From positions 1 to 55,520 of the forward strand of contig NW_021833772.1 of assembly GCF_006345805.1 (NCBI RefSeq): 55,520 bases of DNA. Reading direction: 5' to 3'. Origin of the DNA: Octopus sinensis (Eukaryota). The notes under the pieces were generated by a model. That model searched no databases and was not told where the DNA came from. It was given only the letters and a program-made list of their open reading frames with translations. How positions within the stretch are numbered: the stretch's first letter is position 1; each line of letters begins with the position of its first letter. Of the stretch, positions 23,776-37,227 are shown piece by piece. The position numbers and the translations under genes were made by a program.

Positions 23776-25114
23776 ATGTCAGGATATTTATATGAAGGGC
23801 ATGTTAGCTGCTATTTCTAATATGAGCAACAACATAGAAATGGTGACTGCACCACCAGCCAACAGATGCACCAAATCTATAATTTACATAATTAAAAAAG
23901 ATGAACAAAGCAAAATAAGTGAAACAGTCCAATGTCAGAAATTTGGAGAAATATAGGGTGATGTTGTGAAAGGCAAATAATTCTTATAATTAATTTCATC
24001 TTGTTTTTAGTCACCAGCTAAACATCTAAACATGTTACACTTTCAATAATGTATTTCAAACTAGTCTTTATAAAGATGGGATGGTCCTGCATGGAATGAG
24101 TTTGATCACAGGTCTGCTGAATCAGAGCAAACCTGGGGCTAAACAATCAGACCTTGTTTTCATCTTTGTGCCTTTTTATGGTGAGTATATTTATTTTAGG
24201 TACTATCCATAAAATAAAGATAGATTAATCAAACAATTGATTAGTTAATTGGTTAATTAGTTAACTAATTGACTAATAAAATAAAGAAGTAAAATAGAAT
24301 GATGAGTCTTTCCCTTTTTAAGAGTGTATGATGTTTTGAAGAAGTTTTGGCTGCTATTTCTAGTAAGTGTAGTAACCACATAGAGGTTCCCCAATTGGTT
24401 TATTCCCAATCCAGATAAAAAAACATTTAGTACATTGAGAAATCTGAAAGTCATTAGTACAATGGTCACACTCTTAGTCCCCTATTTTGTTAAAGGAACC
24501 AGAACTCAGTGACATGACCTGTGAGGGCAGAGTTATTTGTACAACAGCCATTAACCCTAGGACTTGTATGCAAGACATCAAATATGCACAACCCATTACA
24601 ACCTGTTGCATTGTTTAATTGTTAGTGACTAAGCCAGGAACTTCACTGACCCTACTTGGTGAGGAGGGTGATTTTGGGGATGACCTTGCTGGATGAAGGA
24701 AAGAAATCTTCCAAAAGGTGGATAAACTCAAGACAGTCAACAACCATTCAGTATTTTGTACATTTATGCAAGTTCAAGACGGCACGAGAAGCTAGATTTC
24801 TTTAGGCAGGTTGCTGTATTAATTTTCTTAGTTCTTTTACGAGAATGGAGAAAGAGGTTATCTCATCCCTGCTCCTATGGCATCCATCCGGAAGTGTTTT
24901 CTCCAGGAAACTAACATTTCCAGATACGATATCTCAGGACTTGGGGCAAGATATTAGAGATCTGAACACAGCAATGTAGGACCATGTGGTGTGGAAAGGG
25001 ATTGTCAACGGAGTTCCGACCAACCATAGGTTAGTCAAAGGATGAGGATGAAAGCATCTTTCCTGTCTCTTGCACTATGTTTTCTTGAATTTTAATTATT
25101 CTGTAAGGAAGACC

Positions 25115-25538
25115 CATTGAGGCAAGTGAGGATCAGAATCGAAATCGATCAATGGAAATCGATCAATGGAAATTGCAGATGTGTTACCAGTGCCGGTGGC
25201 ATGTAAGAGAACTTTCCGTTTCGCGACCGTTGCCAGCACCGCCCCGTTTCGTGTCCGTTGCCAGCCTCGCCTGGCCCTCGTGCCGGTGGCACATAAAAAG
25301 CACCATCCGTTCGTGGCCGTTTGCCAGCTCTGTCTGGCACCAGTGCGGGTGGCACGTAAAAAGCACCCACTACACTCACGGAGTGGTTGGCGTTAGGAAG
25401 GGCATCCAGCCGTAGAAACACTGCCAGATTTGACTGGGCCTGATGAAGCCTTCTGGCTTCACAGACCCCAGTAGAACCGTCCAACCCATGCTAGCATGGA
25501 AAACGGACGCTAAATGATGATGATGATGATGATGATGA
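25115..25538 (+). mobile_element. Young RTE 3' UTR fragment with (GAT)n tail
   Basis: Highly similar to the reverse complement of 19860-20230. Confidence 0.85.
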
Positions 25539-25606
25539 GTGTACTCCATAGAAATTTCTGGCTGATACAAGCAGCCAAAAGTAGTCATGTTTGTGTTTAA
25601 AATGTA

Positions 25607-25998
25607 CTAGCAGTATCGCCCGGCATTGCTCGGGTTTGTTTCGACCTTTTAGAATTGGAATTTTTGAAAAGTAAAAATTTTGCATTATGTAGCTTGTTAT
25701 TCTCTTTAAGTGAACATTTTTCTGGTTGAAATACACCGAAAAATGGCGACACAGCAGTCAAAAAATCGTAAAAAACAGGGATTTTCATAGAAAAATAGCA
25801 CCTTTTTGATGAAAATAATTTTTGGTCTTAACATGGTCTGATTTGAATTTTTTCTTCTACGGAAGGAAGAGCAAGCCTTCTTCTATCATACTCTCAATGT
25901 TGGTCACCTTGCGCTGCAGGGTCTCGGAGAAGATAGTGTTAGTTGAAGGCTACCAAACATGCCATACACAGACAACTTCAACTTTATATATATAGAGA
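25607..25998 (-). mobile_element. Non-autonomous Helitron (392 bp)
   Basis: Minus strand A|TC-tctatatata...CCCG-agcaatgc-CGGG hairpin-cgatactg-CTAG|T: canonical 5'-TC, 3' hairpin and CTAG, inserted at AT, no TSD. Confidence 0.85.
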
Positions 25999-26500
25999 TT
26001 AATTTGAAGTATCTTCTCCATAACTTCTGTGTTGCCTCCTCTGTGAAACTGAATGTTTCCATAATTCGGATAACATCCAGAAGCTGAGGAGCCCGGTGAT
26101 GCTCTGTTTCAGCAACAATTAGTCAACAGAATGGCAGTTTGATAAATTTAATCATTGAAAGGAATTTAGAGTCTAATATTTGGCACTTTACTCTTGCTCT
26201 AGAGAGTGGAATTCTATGATCCATCGATGAATATCTACGATCCAAATGATAACTTCATTTTCTTTCTCTTCTCCTCACACTTGGACTCAACTTACAGAGC
26301 TGTCCTAAAGAATTCTCAGACTTAGTCCAGACATTTGTTTCCAGTTCATCCTCAAGGAATCTCTAAGCTTACTTTCCATCATCAATATGACTCATCCACA
26401 CTTTCGTTCATTGTTTAGTCCTAGGAAGACAGAGGCAAGATTTATATTCCTTGAAAACTCCACCCAGCCTGCAAGAGAGAGATAGGACCTATAGTGTGTA

Positions 26501-26553
<53 letters not shown>

Positions 26554-26789
26554 GTGGGGAAGGAGAGATTATTGGTGAGCTAAAGGTGGTTATAGTGTGA
26601 ACATTTACTTATCAGCTAGATGTGTGTGTGTGAATACTATTTCAATTATGTCATTGGTACTCCAGTATAGAGTATACATGTCCTTGTAGCTGGGTCAATC
26701 AGTAATTATTCAGAACTGATGTATTTTTCGGTGGTGAAGGAGTAAGACCAGTTAGGTTCAAGACAATGAATATTTTGGGCATTGTAAAG

Positions 26790-26794
26790 GAGTT

Positions 26795-26826
<32 letters not shown>

Positions 26827-26895
26827 ATATACATACACACATACATATAAATGTATATATGTGTGTATGTATGCATGCATGTATATTTATGTATA

Positions 26896-26950
<55 letters not shown>

Positions 26951-27022
26951 TATATATACATACACACATACATATAAATGTATATATGTGTGTATGTATG
27001 CATGCATGTATATTTATGTATA

Positions 27023-27098
<76 letters not shown>

Positions 27099-27100
27099 TT
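26790..27100. repeat. Duplicated compound (AT)n/(AC)n/(GT)n microsatellite block
   Basis: acatacacacatacatataaatgtatatatgtgtgtatgtatgcatgcatg occurs twice, about 126 bp apart. Confidence 0.85.
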
Positions 27101-28039
27101 ATATATGTAAGCATGTATGTATTTACTACTGTCATTGAATTGATAAGTATTCATTATAATTAACTGCCAATTGAGCTATTACACTTGTGTAATCAGACAA
27201 TGTACTTTATGCTAATTCACATGTGTCTAATCCTCTACAAAACATATACAGCAATTGTGAACATCAATATTACATTTCTGACAATGGAACACACATTTCT
27301 GTAAAAACCACATCTAATTCAGACTCGGAGGAAAATAAATAAAGATATTTTATGAGACTAACCAAAGCTATCTGGTCGTCTTCTAACAAGTTTCTATACT
27401 GATCAGGAAATGTAAATGTATGTGAATGCTCAGTTTATCCTTGATGAACAAATAGTCGTGATAAGTGAGTTTAGAGCAAGAGCTAAATGGACACAAGGCA
27501 ATCTAGAGAAGGAAGACATTAAGCCGAAAGAGCTAAGAACCAGCTGCAGGTTCAGAGAAATTCTAGCAAATGATTAGGACAGAAGCAGGAGGAGAAAGAG
27601 GCTTATAACATAACAGCAAGCAACAATTTTCTACAGGACAATCTGCTGAGAGCTACAGACCATATTTATGACTGAGGTAACAGAAGGTGACAGAATTATG
27701 GCTGTAGATGGAGCCACAAAAACTAAGTCACAGGTTCAGAAAGAGGAGAAAAAAGGTGGCAGAGAAGAACAATATCAAACAAATATGATCAGATATACTT
27801 AGCAAAAGTAGAAGCAAAAAGTTAGAGATCTGTATGTGTGTTCAACAATCTGAAGATCAGAGGTATGAAATGTTTCAGGTAGCAAATCTGGTGTATCAGA
27901 TAAAACAAACAAGTTAGTGTGGTGGAGAGCAGGAGCGGGGTTACAGAATAACAGTACAATTGCCCTTTGACACTGAAAAAAGAGGCAGAATGGATGTGCT
28001 ATTTTGGGAAGTTACTGAAAGAAAAGAATTCATGAGAGA

Positions 28040-28345
28040 AATTAAGTGAAGTGGACTCAACACCGAAATGATTAGAATATCTGTCACATTTGGACGTGTG
28101 TTAGTCATTCACACAAGGAATCACACAGAAGAACCAAACCCAAAGAATGGTGTGACAGTATTATTAGTTAAAGAGCAAAGAAGATCTACAAGAAAAGCTA
28201 AGTTCAGAGGTATTAATTAAGGTGATGGAAGTCAAAGGATGAGCACAATTGATTAGGAACAGAATTAGATTAGGTTAGATTCAGTTTGTGCCAGGAAAAG
28301 GTACCACCAATGCTATCTTCCTATTGAGACAATTTCAGAAAAGTA
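28040..28345 (+). mobile_element. Highly decayed RTE RT fragment
   Basis: FVPGKGTTNAIFLLRQFQK at ~28285-28340. Confidence 0.6.
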
Positions 28346-29109
28346 TGTTGTGTGGATTAGGTCTTTACCTAAGACAGCCAACAATGAAAGGATATACATC
28401 ATTCTCAGAAACAATCACAACATCTTGGCTCCATTTTCCACAACGAGCTCTATCATAGTTTCTTTATAGCTAAATAACTCACTAACCCTACAACCAGCCT
28501 TACTAAGCCTACTTCACCAGTTGTATAATCTTCCTTTTCCTCTTTGGTTACTATATCTCACTTCTCTTTTTTATTCTGATGGGACAATTATTTGTTCTAT
28601 GACCATTGCAATCTCTGTGTGTTCAGCATTACACTTTCCAAATCTTTCATTTCCAGAATGGTCTCTCTGCCATCTTAACAGCTTTTTTATACTTCATTTC
28701 TTTCCTGACAACAATATTGGTTGCACAAACATTGGGAGACCCCAAGCAGCACAGCAGCATGTGCTGCAGTTGATCCCTCACTACTCTCATTACTATTATA
28801 TTACCATCATCATCATTATTATTGTTCTAACTCTTAACCTACTACAAATGTCTTTTAGAAAATGGAGATAGAATACAAAGTTATATGATAGGTTTCAACA
28901 CTCTAAATTAATGGCACCTCCAATGATGAACCTTTAATTTAAACAAAGAAGTTATAAATTATCAGGATGAGGCCAACTTTGTCTTGTGTTCAGGGTTGAT
29001 AAAATAAAGTAGTTGTTAATTCATCTTTCTCTCTTAGAATTAGCTATGTGAAAGGGACAATGAAATAGCATGGCCCTAAACACCACCATTTCTCTGTGGA
29101 CAACAACAA

Positions 29110-29410
29110 TAACATTTCACTAAATTCTGTTGTTGTTTAGCCCCAGGTTAACCCTCATCAAGCAAATCAAAGATGTTCCAGTGATGGTAAGCGTGCCTTT
29201 TTAGAGGTATTTAGGATTACATTAATCAATATGCACTTTATTTAGGACAGCTGGGTGTGACTTAAGGGAGATTGGGCTGTTATTTTTAGCAGATCAAGAG
29301 ACCACATAGGGGACAAGTCAATGAGGGAAACATTATAAGGTCTCTTGATTTGCAAGAAATAGCAGTCAAATCTACATTAAATCACACCTTACCAACTTAG
29401 AAAAGGAAAC
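29110..29410. repeat. Unclassified interspersed repeat with an internal 50-bp inverted repeat
   Basis: 29254-29303 versus 29339-29388: 41 of 50 positions complementary. The motif ggagatttggctgctatttc recurs near 6985, 23800, 24345 and 53985. Confidence 0.65.
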
Positions 29411-29639
29411 CTTGTATATTGCCATATAAACTGTTCATTGCTGACTCAGTTAAACTGTAATAGTTATTTAATAAGGTGCTTTACTATTAATCATGTGCTT
29501 TACTTTCAGGTATCAGCAGGGATTAGAGTTAGTAATTACTAATTATATTCCTTCAAAACTGCAACAAAAATCAATACAGAAATCCTATCACATTTTTCTG
29601 TTTTTGAAGAAAGAATTAAGCTTGTTTTCATCCAATTAG

Positions 29640-29766
29640 TTGGATGTCAATCAACTTGTGAAAACATTACTGCACCCTGTCTCCTGCTACCTCCCGACAT
29701 GCTCTCAATGTCAATAAAGGGATTCCTGTTTGTAAACAAAGAGACAAAAACACATGTTTCCCTCAG
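29640..29766 (+). CDS. Candidate 127-nt internal exon (GCQSTCENITAPCLLLPPDMLSMSIKGFLFVNKETKTHVSL), phase 1/2
   Basis: ttgttttcatccaattag acceptor, CAG|gtaatc donor, only one open frame; phase-compatible with 22807-22890. Confidence 0.35.
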
Positions 29767-30299
29767 GTAATCGCTAGGTCAGACTCAAGTGCAAAGCAAT
29801 CCAGTCTAACAACTGGTTATAATCCGAACAAGAGATAAACGAGTGACAAGGTTGTTCTGAACTGGTGTATGAGTGTGTGTGAATGCATGTGTGCATGCAT
29901 GTATGTGTGTTCATGTATGTGTGTCCATGCATGAATATGTGTGTGTATGTGAGTGCATGAGTGTACATATGTGTGCATGTATGTGTATCCCTCTATCACT
30001 TGAGTTCTCTTCTAATAACCTTTCTTCCGTCACCCTCTCATTCTGGCTCTCCTCTTCCATTCCAGTCAGATAAAGAAAGAAAAGAACAAACAAACAGCTG
30101 TGAGGAATATAAAATAGGATTCTTTTGTCTTGCTGGGAACCAGACAACCTCTCTAGTGGCGGGGTCATAATGGTGTTAGGCAATAAAAACTGTATTGGAC
30201 AGGCATGAAGTGGTCCCTGACAATAATTGGAGGACAATCTGAATAAAAGAAAAAACAGATACAGAATGAATGATAACATATGCATAAAGCGCGCACGCG

Positions 30300-30332
<33 letters not shown>

Positions 30333-30520
30333 TTTAATTTTGTGAGACAAAAAATACAACTGGCTTAAAACTTACAATTTCATCAGACCAAACATTAAAT
30401 CTGATCAAATTGATAGTTTTCAGCTTCGTTTGATTTTGATTAACTCCATTAAACCACTTCTACTCTGTTGCCAGTATGGAATACTTTTCTTCTGTTCCTT
30501 ACTCTTAATGTATCTATTTA

Positions 30521-30555
<35 letters not shown>

Positions 30556-30750
30556 TTATCCATACACACACACACACATATTATATTCTTCCTGCACTGT
30601 TGTAGCTGTATTTGTTTGTTTTTTTCTTTTTTTTTTGCTCCATTTTGTTTTGTTTCTTGTCTCTTCTTCCAGGTCACATTATTCTTTGTGATGACTCTAA
30701 TCCCTTACCTACACAGACAAAGGTTTCCTTCTTTATATTATTTGTCATTA

Positions 30751-30788
<38 letters not shown>

Positions 30789-31254
30789 GCACTGTTGCTA
30801 CCCACCCAAAATCTCCTTTCTTCCTCTTCACTGCCATTGGCTGACTCATTTCTCTAGTATTTAGATGCATCACATGGTTCGATTCTTCATATTTCAATGT
30901 CCCATCTGAAGATGTGATCTATGATCTATCCAATTGATTACAATTTATAATTATTTATTAAACTTGATTATCAGCTGCTAAAGCCATTGTAATGGAAATG
31001 GAATAAACAAATTGCCAACAGCTTGCTTCCTGCTATTCTTTCATATCATATGGTGCACTTCATGCGATATAACAACCCTAAACTCTTTATATATGTTCCT
31101 CCACCTCATCACAAAGCAGTGGGCGTTTCAAATGGACATTATTCAGAACTACAAACATAGACAATAATTACTGTCACACACCCAGTGCATCTACTTCCAA
31201 ATGATATAAATCCTTAAAAATATAATGTAATAATGAAATCAATCTGGCTAGCAG

Positions 31255-31950
31255 AGCCACCTGATTGATAGGTTATCAGGTGGCTGGCTGGCTTTCTGAA
31301 GTTGGTGTTGCAGATTGAAAGGTTACTTGCATCACAGAACTCCAGTAGCCTTGTTCCCTCTTCGTTTCAAGAACCAATTCCATGGCCTCCACTGTGGAAG
31401 ATACTAGGCTGCTGTCTAGCATGCCCATTGAAATCCTCAGCCACAAAGATGAGATTGTTTTCACACGTCTTTGAGGTAGCCTGCAGAAAAGAATCATAAA
31501 AGTGGTCCTTTTGTTCATTTGGTAGGCCTGCTTGTGGGGCAGAGATAATTGATGCTATTCTACAAGACTAGCCTGAGCTTAAGTACTTTATTGCATACTC
31601 TGACTACCTTCATGACCGTATCCACCCATTTCTCAACAAGAAGTATGCCCACACCACCTACTCCATCGCCGTTACCCTCCCAGAAGATTTTATACCTATG
31701 TGTCTTGCCTGTGAGGAACCTGGCTGAAGTTCCTCTTCACCTAACCTCTTGGATGCAACTTATATCATCACATATCCGTTCAAGCATCTCTACAATCTTG
31801 TTAGATCTACATTTCAATGTGCCCACATTGACAGTGTCAACTCTGAAAACTGGGAAAGGGATGTTGGAGGGAACATGGGACAGAGATATATTATTCAGCA
31901 CCTGAAGAGGAGGTTTCCGTGATAGTTTGATAGCAGGCATGTCACAACAG
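31255..31950 (-). mobile_element. RTE LINE APE-endonuclease fragment
   Basis: VNVGTLK..CIQEVR; GVGGVGILL; VAEDFNGH; NEEGTRLLEFC; NTNFRKP..HLITY. Confidence 0.85.
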
Positions 31951-32639
31951 TTGACCTTGCTTCTAACTTATCACCATTCAAATGTGTTAAAATTGTTACC
32001 CGCTTCTGGTGGTGAGAGCAAGGTAAGCATTGTAAATATAAGCATTACTGAAGCTGCAAACATAAATATAAATATGGTAAATGTTAGATTAAGTAAGTAA
32101 ATGGGCTGCTATTTGGTTAGGTAGTCCATTATATATATATATATATATATACACACACAAAGAGAGAGAAAGAGAGAGAGAGAGAGGGGTGAGAGGCAGG
32201 AGGAGGAAGATGGCTTGGAAAAGAGGGAGGGACAGAGGTATGTAGGTCTTCTGGTGCAGAAGTGAGGCAGAGCCCTGTGGGAGTTTTCAGTATAAGAGAA
32301 GAGATTACCAGTATACGAGGAGAAGGGGTTTCTGGTATTGGTGGTGGGGGTGGGAAGGGGTGAGTGGATTGTGAACAAGAACTGGAAGAAATGGGTAGAT
32401 TCACCACAAGAAAATTGAAATAGCAGCAAAGGGCAATAGTGAGGCAAAGAACAATAGAAACACATGTGCATTTAAAGGGGTACGATTCTACATATATATG
32501 TGTGTGTATGTATACACATATATCATCATCATCATCATTGTTTAACATCCACTTTCCATCATTTTGACCGATCTCCTCATTCTAAACATACACCCCCCCT
32601 CCACCATCTATCCAGAAATATTACCAATACATTCTCAAA

Positions 32640-33640
32640 TTTTCATTCACACCCTAAGCAGGTAATGGCATAGATTAGATTTTCCAAGGCACAGGTGAAA
32701 TTTGATTTAATCTTAAATATTTCACCTTGTTTAAAGTGGAACTCTGAACCCTCCAAAAGGTGGGAGCATGTACCACAGTTAGGCCAACCACATTTTTTCA
32801 CTTTTGGTTCCGTTGTTAATAGATAAAGTCTTGCGCTGGTTAATATATTTTTCAATGATTTGGGTTGCATTTTGCTTTTGATAATTTTGTGAGAGCCTAA
32901 AATTTTGTTCATTGATTTATCTCCCGTGAGGATGGGTAGATTTTGGATGATAATGTTGAAGGCTTCGTTGTGTCTAGGGTTATATGTGGAGATGTATGAG
33001 AGTATTTTTAAGTCTGGTTTAGTATTTCGGTTGACTTCCCTTAATGTTCGTATATCTATTTCCTTAGCTCATTTAATGCCATCATTTATTAATGATATTG
33101 GGTAATGTCTTTTGATTAGTATTGATCTGAGTTCAAGGAGTCTTCATTCACAAGTATAGGTGTCTGAAACTATGGTACAGATCCTTTTCGCTAGATTATA
33201 AGGTATATTAATTTTTATGTGTTTGGGGTGGCATGAGTAAAATAATAGGTATTGTTTAGAATCTGTGGGTTTATAGAAGATGTCTGTTTCAATGTGCTTA
33301 TTGACTATTTTAGTTAGGGTGTCAAGAAAAGGGAGTTGTTTACTGCTGTGCTCCATGGTGAATTGTATGTTGCTATTAATATTGTTAAGCATTATTTTGA
33401 AGTCAAGGAGTTTGTCCATGCTATCTTTCCAAAGTATAAAGCAATCGTCCAAATACCTCTTCCAGTTCTTCTTTAAATAGCAATGAAATGAGGTGCCATA
33501 TTTTTGTAGTGATGATTGGTATATTTTAAGTTCTAGGTAACCCATTACAAGGTTCATAATCACTGGAGCAGCTCGGGTTCCCATTGCAATTCTACATTTT
33601 TGTCGATAGTAAACTGTATCAAACATGATCATGTTCACTT
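32640..33640 (-). mobile_element. Penelope-like element fragment: RT C-half, Cys-rich linker and start of GIY-YIG endonuclease
   Basis: QKCRIAMGTRAAP; WKRYLDDCF; LPFLD; YKPTDSKQYL..SCHPKH..NIPY; CGWPNCGTC; FTCALENLIYAITCLGC. Confidence 0.9.
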
Positions 33641-33662
33641 ATTTTTTCTTCTTACTTTCCTG

Positions 33663-33698
<36 letters not shown>

Positions 33699-33701
<3 letters not shown>

Positions 33702-34188
33702 CAAAATAAGCAACAAGGATATCCAGAGGTAATGCAGTATGGTCATTTCATGCAACTCCATTTGATTGAACAATGCAACCATTACATCAATTTAAAATGC
33801 AGAGCAATCTTCAGCTGCACAAAAACATAGAATTTAATAAAATTAGAACAGATGGACACATTAGTATAATTATGCCTAAAATCTCCAAGAAGTTAAGACA
33901 AAGAACATGCTGCCTCACTCCAGTTTAAAAGTTACTCAGTAACTTAATAACTTCTAAACTGGAGTGAGAGAGCATGTTCTTTGTTTATCACCTTAACTTC
34001 TTGGAAATTTTAGGTATAATTCTACTAATGTGTCCATCTGTTCTAATTTTATTAAATTCTATGTCTTCTGCAGCTGAGGATTGCTCTGTGTTTAAATTAA
34101 TGTAATGATTGCATTGTTCAATCAAATGGAGTTGCATGAAACGATCGTACTGCATTACCTTTGGATATTCTTGTTGCTTATTTTGATT
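33699..34188. mobile_element. Foldback element: ~230-bp arms and a ~27-nt spacer
   Basis: 33699-33927 is the near reverse complement of 33955-34188 (about 90% by eye). The spacer holds the palindrome aagttact-c-agtaactt. Confidence 0.9.
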
Positions 34189-34268
34189 TTAATCACCTTA
34201 CTTTGAAATTGTATGGATATTACTGTACTAAATTCTGGTGCTGCAACTTAAGTACCATATTCATCTGA

Positions 34269-34300
<32 letters not shown>

Positions 34301-34329
34301 CTGACTTCACACATCAGCAAAGTCATAGT

Positions 34330-35180
34330 ATGAATAGTCTGAGGGAAACTAATCGCATTCCTTGAAGAAAATGACTTGCTGAGTGAAACCCAGCATGGTT
34401 TTTGACCAGGTAAGCGCTGCCTGACTCAGCTCCTACAACACTATGACCGGGAGTTGAGGCAGTTACTCACCAACTCAAATGTGGACGTAATATACCCTGA
34501 CTTTGCAAAAGCTTTTGATAAAGTGGATCATGGTATGATATACCACAAACTACATGATCTCAGCATAGCTGGAAAACTTGGAAAGTGGTTACATGACTTT
34601 CTGAAAGATAGAAGCCAGGCAGTGGTGGCCAATGGAGCCACCTCAAAGAAAACAGAAATAGAGAGTGATGTTCCACAGGACACTGGCTTGGGACCACTGC
34701 TTTTCATAGTGGCTCTCTCAGATATGCCCTCAGCTGCCTAGCTATGCAGACGATACGAAAGTCTCACAGAAAATACAAAACCCTAGTGATGTTGCACACC
34801 TGCAGCAGGAGTTGGACTCAGTTTACAGATGGGCTAGGACAATAATATGCAGTTTAATACTGGAAAATTCCAATCCCTGTGTTACCAGCGCCCAAGACTG
34901 AACATAAAACTTACAGGGTACACTGACCCACAGGGGATTACAATCCCAGAACCTGGCTATTGACATGAATGATGACACCTCTTTCCAAGTGCACATAACC
35001 AAGATGGAGACAAAGTACAGACAATTGGCTGGCTGGATCCTGAGAACCTTCAGAACCAAAGAGAAAGAAACCATGATGGTCATCTGGAGGACATTCATCC
35101 TCAGCCGCCTGGACTACTGCTCCCAACTATGGTCATCCCACAGTGGACCTTGCAGCAATTCAGCAAAGCTTCACGAAGAA
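34330..35180 (+). mobile_element. Decayed CR1-type LINE RT fragment
   Basis: QHGF; DVIYPDFAKAFDKVDHG; VPQDTGLGPLLF; YADDTK; ILSRLDYCSQLW. Confidence 0.85.
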
Positions 35181-35640
35181 GATTGTCTCATTGCAACTTT
35201 TTTTTTAAAGTCCATTGATATTTTTTTAGTTGCTTGACACGTTTTAGTAATTCATTTTGATTACCTATTTTAGTTGATTTATATATACCTTTTCTTGATT
35301 GGCCTTTCTATACATTTTGTATTTTTATGTGCATATGTATTTTTTACCCTCTGTGCTTTTATGTAAGTATTCTTTTATATGTCAAAGGCCATGGTAATGT
35401 TTATAGACGATGAAAATTATGGAAGCGTGGTGTTATATAAAGTCGTTGACCCAAATTTGATGTTAGTTCTCTAATCAATGTTTTTATGTATGTATAATAT
35501 ATATATATATATGTAATTTCTCTATGTAAAATGCCATGGATGGTTCCTTTAGATGGTGCATTATATGGTAACTTCTTTTTAACTCTCATCTGTAGTTACA
35601 GTTTATTTCTTGGTTACTTGGTGTGTAAGGTACAGTATTA

Positions 35641-36022
35641 ATAATAAGGAGAATGAAAAATTTGAACATTCAAACATTAAGTTTATTTCCAGATGCTTTA
35701 TTCATAATAATTGTCCAACACATGTTTCAATCGCATTAATTGCATATTGTTGCATATTTATATGCCGCGATTTATGCATTATTAGTATGATCTCTTCAGG
35801 GTATATAAATATGACATTGTTTAAAGAGGAATTTTTCTCCATTATTAGTATGACCTTTCATCGATGAGCTATTTTTCTCAATAATGCATAAATCGCTGCA
35901 TATAAATATGCAACAATATGCAATTAGTACAATCAAAACATGTGTTGGACAATTATTATGAATAAGCCATTTGAAAATAAACATAAAATTTGAATGTTCA
36001 AATTGTTCATTCTCCTAATTAT
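35641..36022. mobile_element. Foldback/MITE-like element: ~143-bp arms and a 96-nt spacer
   Basis: 35641-35783 is complementary to 35880-36022. Confidence 0.85.
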
Positions 36023-36060
36023 CAATGCTATACACATATATCTATCTATCTATCTATCTA

Positions 36061-36094
<34 letters not shown>

Positions 36095-36589
36095 TATTGT
36101 ACTTGACAATATTACAACCTGTGGATTGTTTTACGAGTGCATAGTTATATGGGTACATGTGTACGTATATCTAGCCCGTGGGCCACACATGAGTGCTTCT
36201 ATGAGTAATGAATTGTTCATTTGTTCATATATGCACCTATATGTATGCATGTGTGTTTATATACATATAAGTGTCAACATTGTAATGCTGATGATAATTT
36301 AACATTGTAATGCTGATGATAATTTAACATGGTCTCTGTAGCTACTCCTGCATTATTGGAAACTAATTGTTGCCTTAATAATAATGAAAAAAACTTCTCT
36401 TCTCTGCTCCCACTCCCCACAGCAGTTGTGTACCCACGGAGGCTCTATGCGACTGAAAGAAATTGAAAATATAATTGTAATTTCAATTCATACTACAACC
36501 TGTACCAGTCTGCTGGTTTTGGTTATGTCATGCAGATGGTTGAGGACAGTCGCATAAAGAAGTGCTAATTCACTTAAAGTAGGTGGAAC

Positions 36590-36897
36590 TTATGGAAGAG
36601 GAAGAACCAGGAAAACATGGGATGAAGCGTTGAAGGCTGATCTCAAGGCACTGAAATATTTGGTGCCTTGTTGTACTCAAGAACACCTGTCCACCACAAC
36701 AGAATTCATACCAGTGCTATATAAAAAGCACCCAGTATACTCTGTAAAGTGGTTAGCATTAGGTAGAGCATCCAGCAGTGGAAACCAAGCCAAAACAGAC
36801 TATGGAACCTAGTGCGACCCCTGGCCTTACCAGTTCCAGTTAAATGATCTAACCCATGCCAGCATGGGAAACAGGTATTAAATGATGATGATGATGA
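36590..36897 (+). mobile_element. Old RTE 3' end
   Basis: GRGRTRKTWDE; ccatgccagcatgg; (GAT)n tail. Confidence 0.75.
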
Positions 36898-37227
36898 TAT
36901 CCATATATATATATATAAAGGGTAATGACCATGGGATTGCACACAGAAAGTTCCCCTTTGAGGTACAAGTCCAAGTAAGGTTGGTTTATATATATATAAA
37001 TTAGAAATGGAAACCAAAATAATAATTTTATCATTAAATGATTTCTAATTTATATTTATATATTGATAAACTGTATATTTATTTTATTTATTTATTTGCC
37101 TAATTGAACTATCGCTCATAACATTATTTATATAGGTAAAAAAAAAAACCAGTAAATTCTTTGGATATTTAATATTATTTAGGTGGTTATTTAACACCTA
37201 TCTAAATTTTTATCCATTATATATATA

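Noticed and set aside
24151-24182. Strong gtgagt donor with a possible 30-nt micro-exon
   Set aside because: The acceptor is poor and lies at the end of a repeat.
25435-25470. CTGATGA followed by the hairpin agcc-ttct-ggct
   Set aside because: No GAAA or stem III; it is a variant of ordinary RTE 3' UTR (other copies read ctggtgca).
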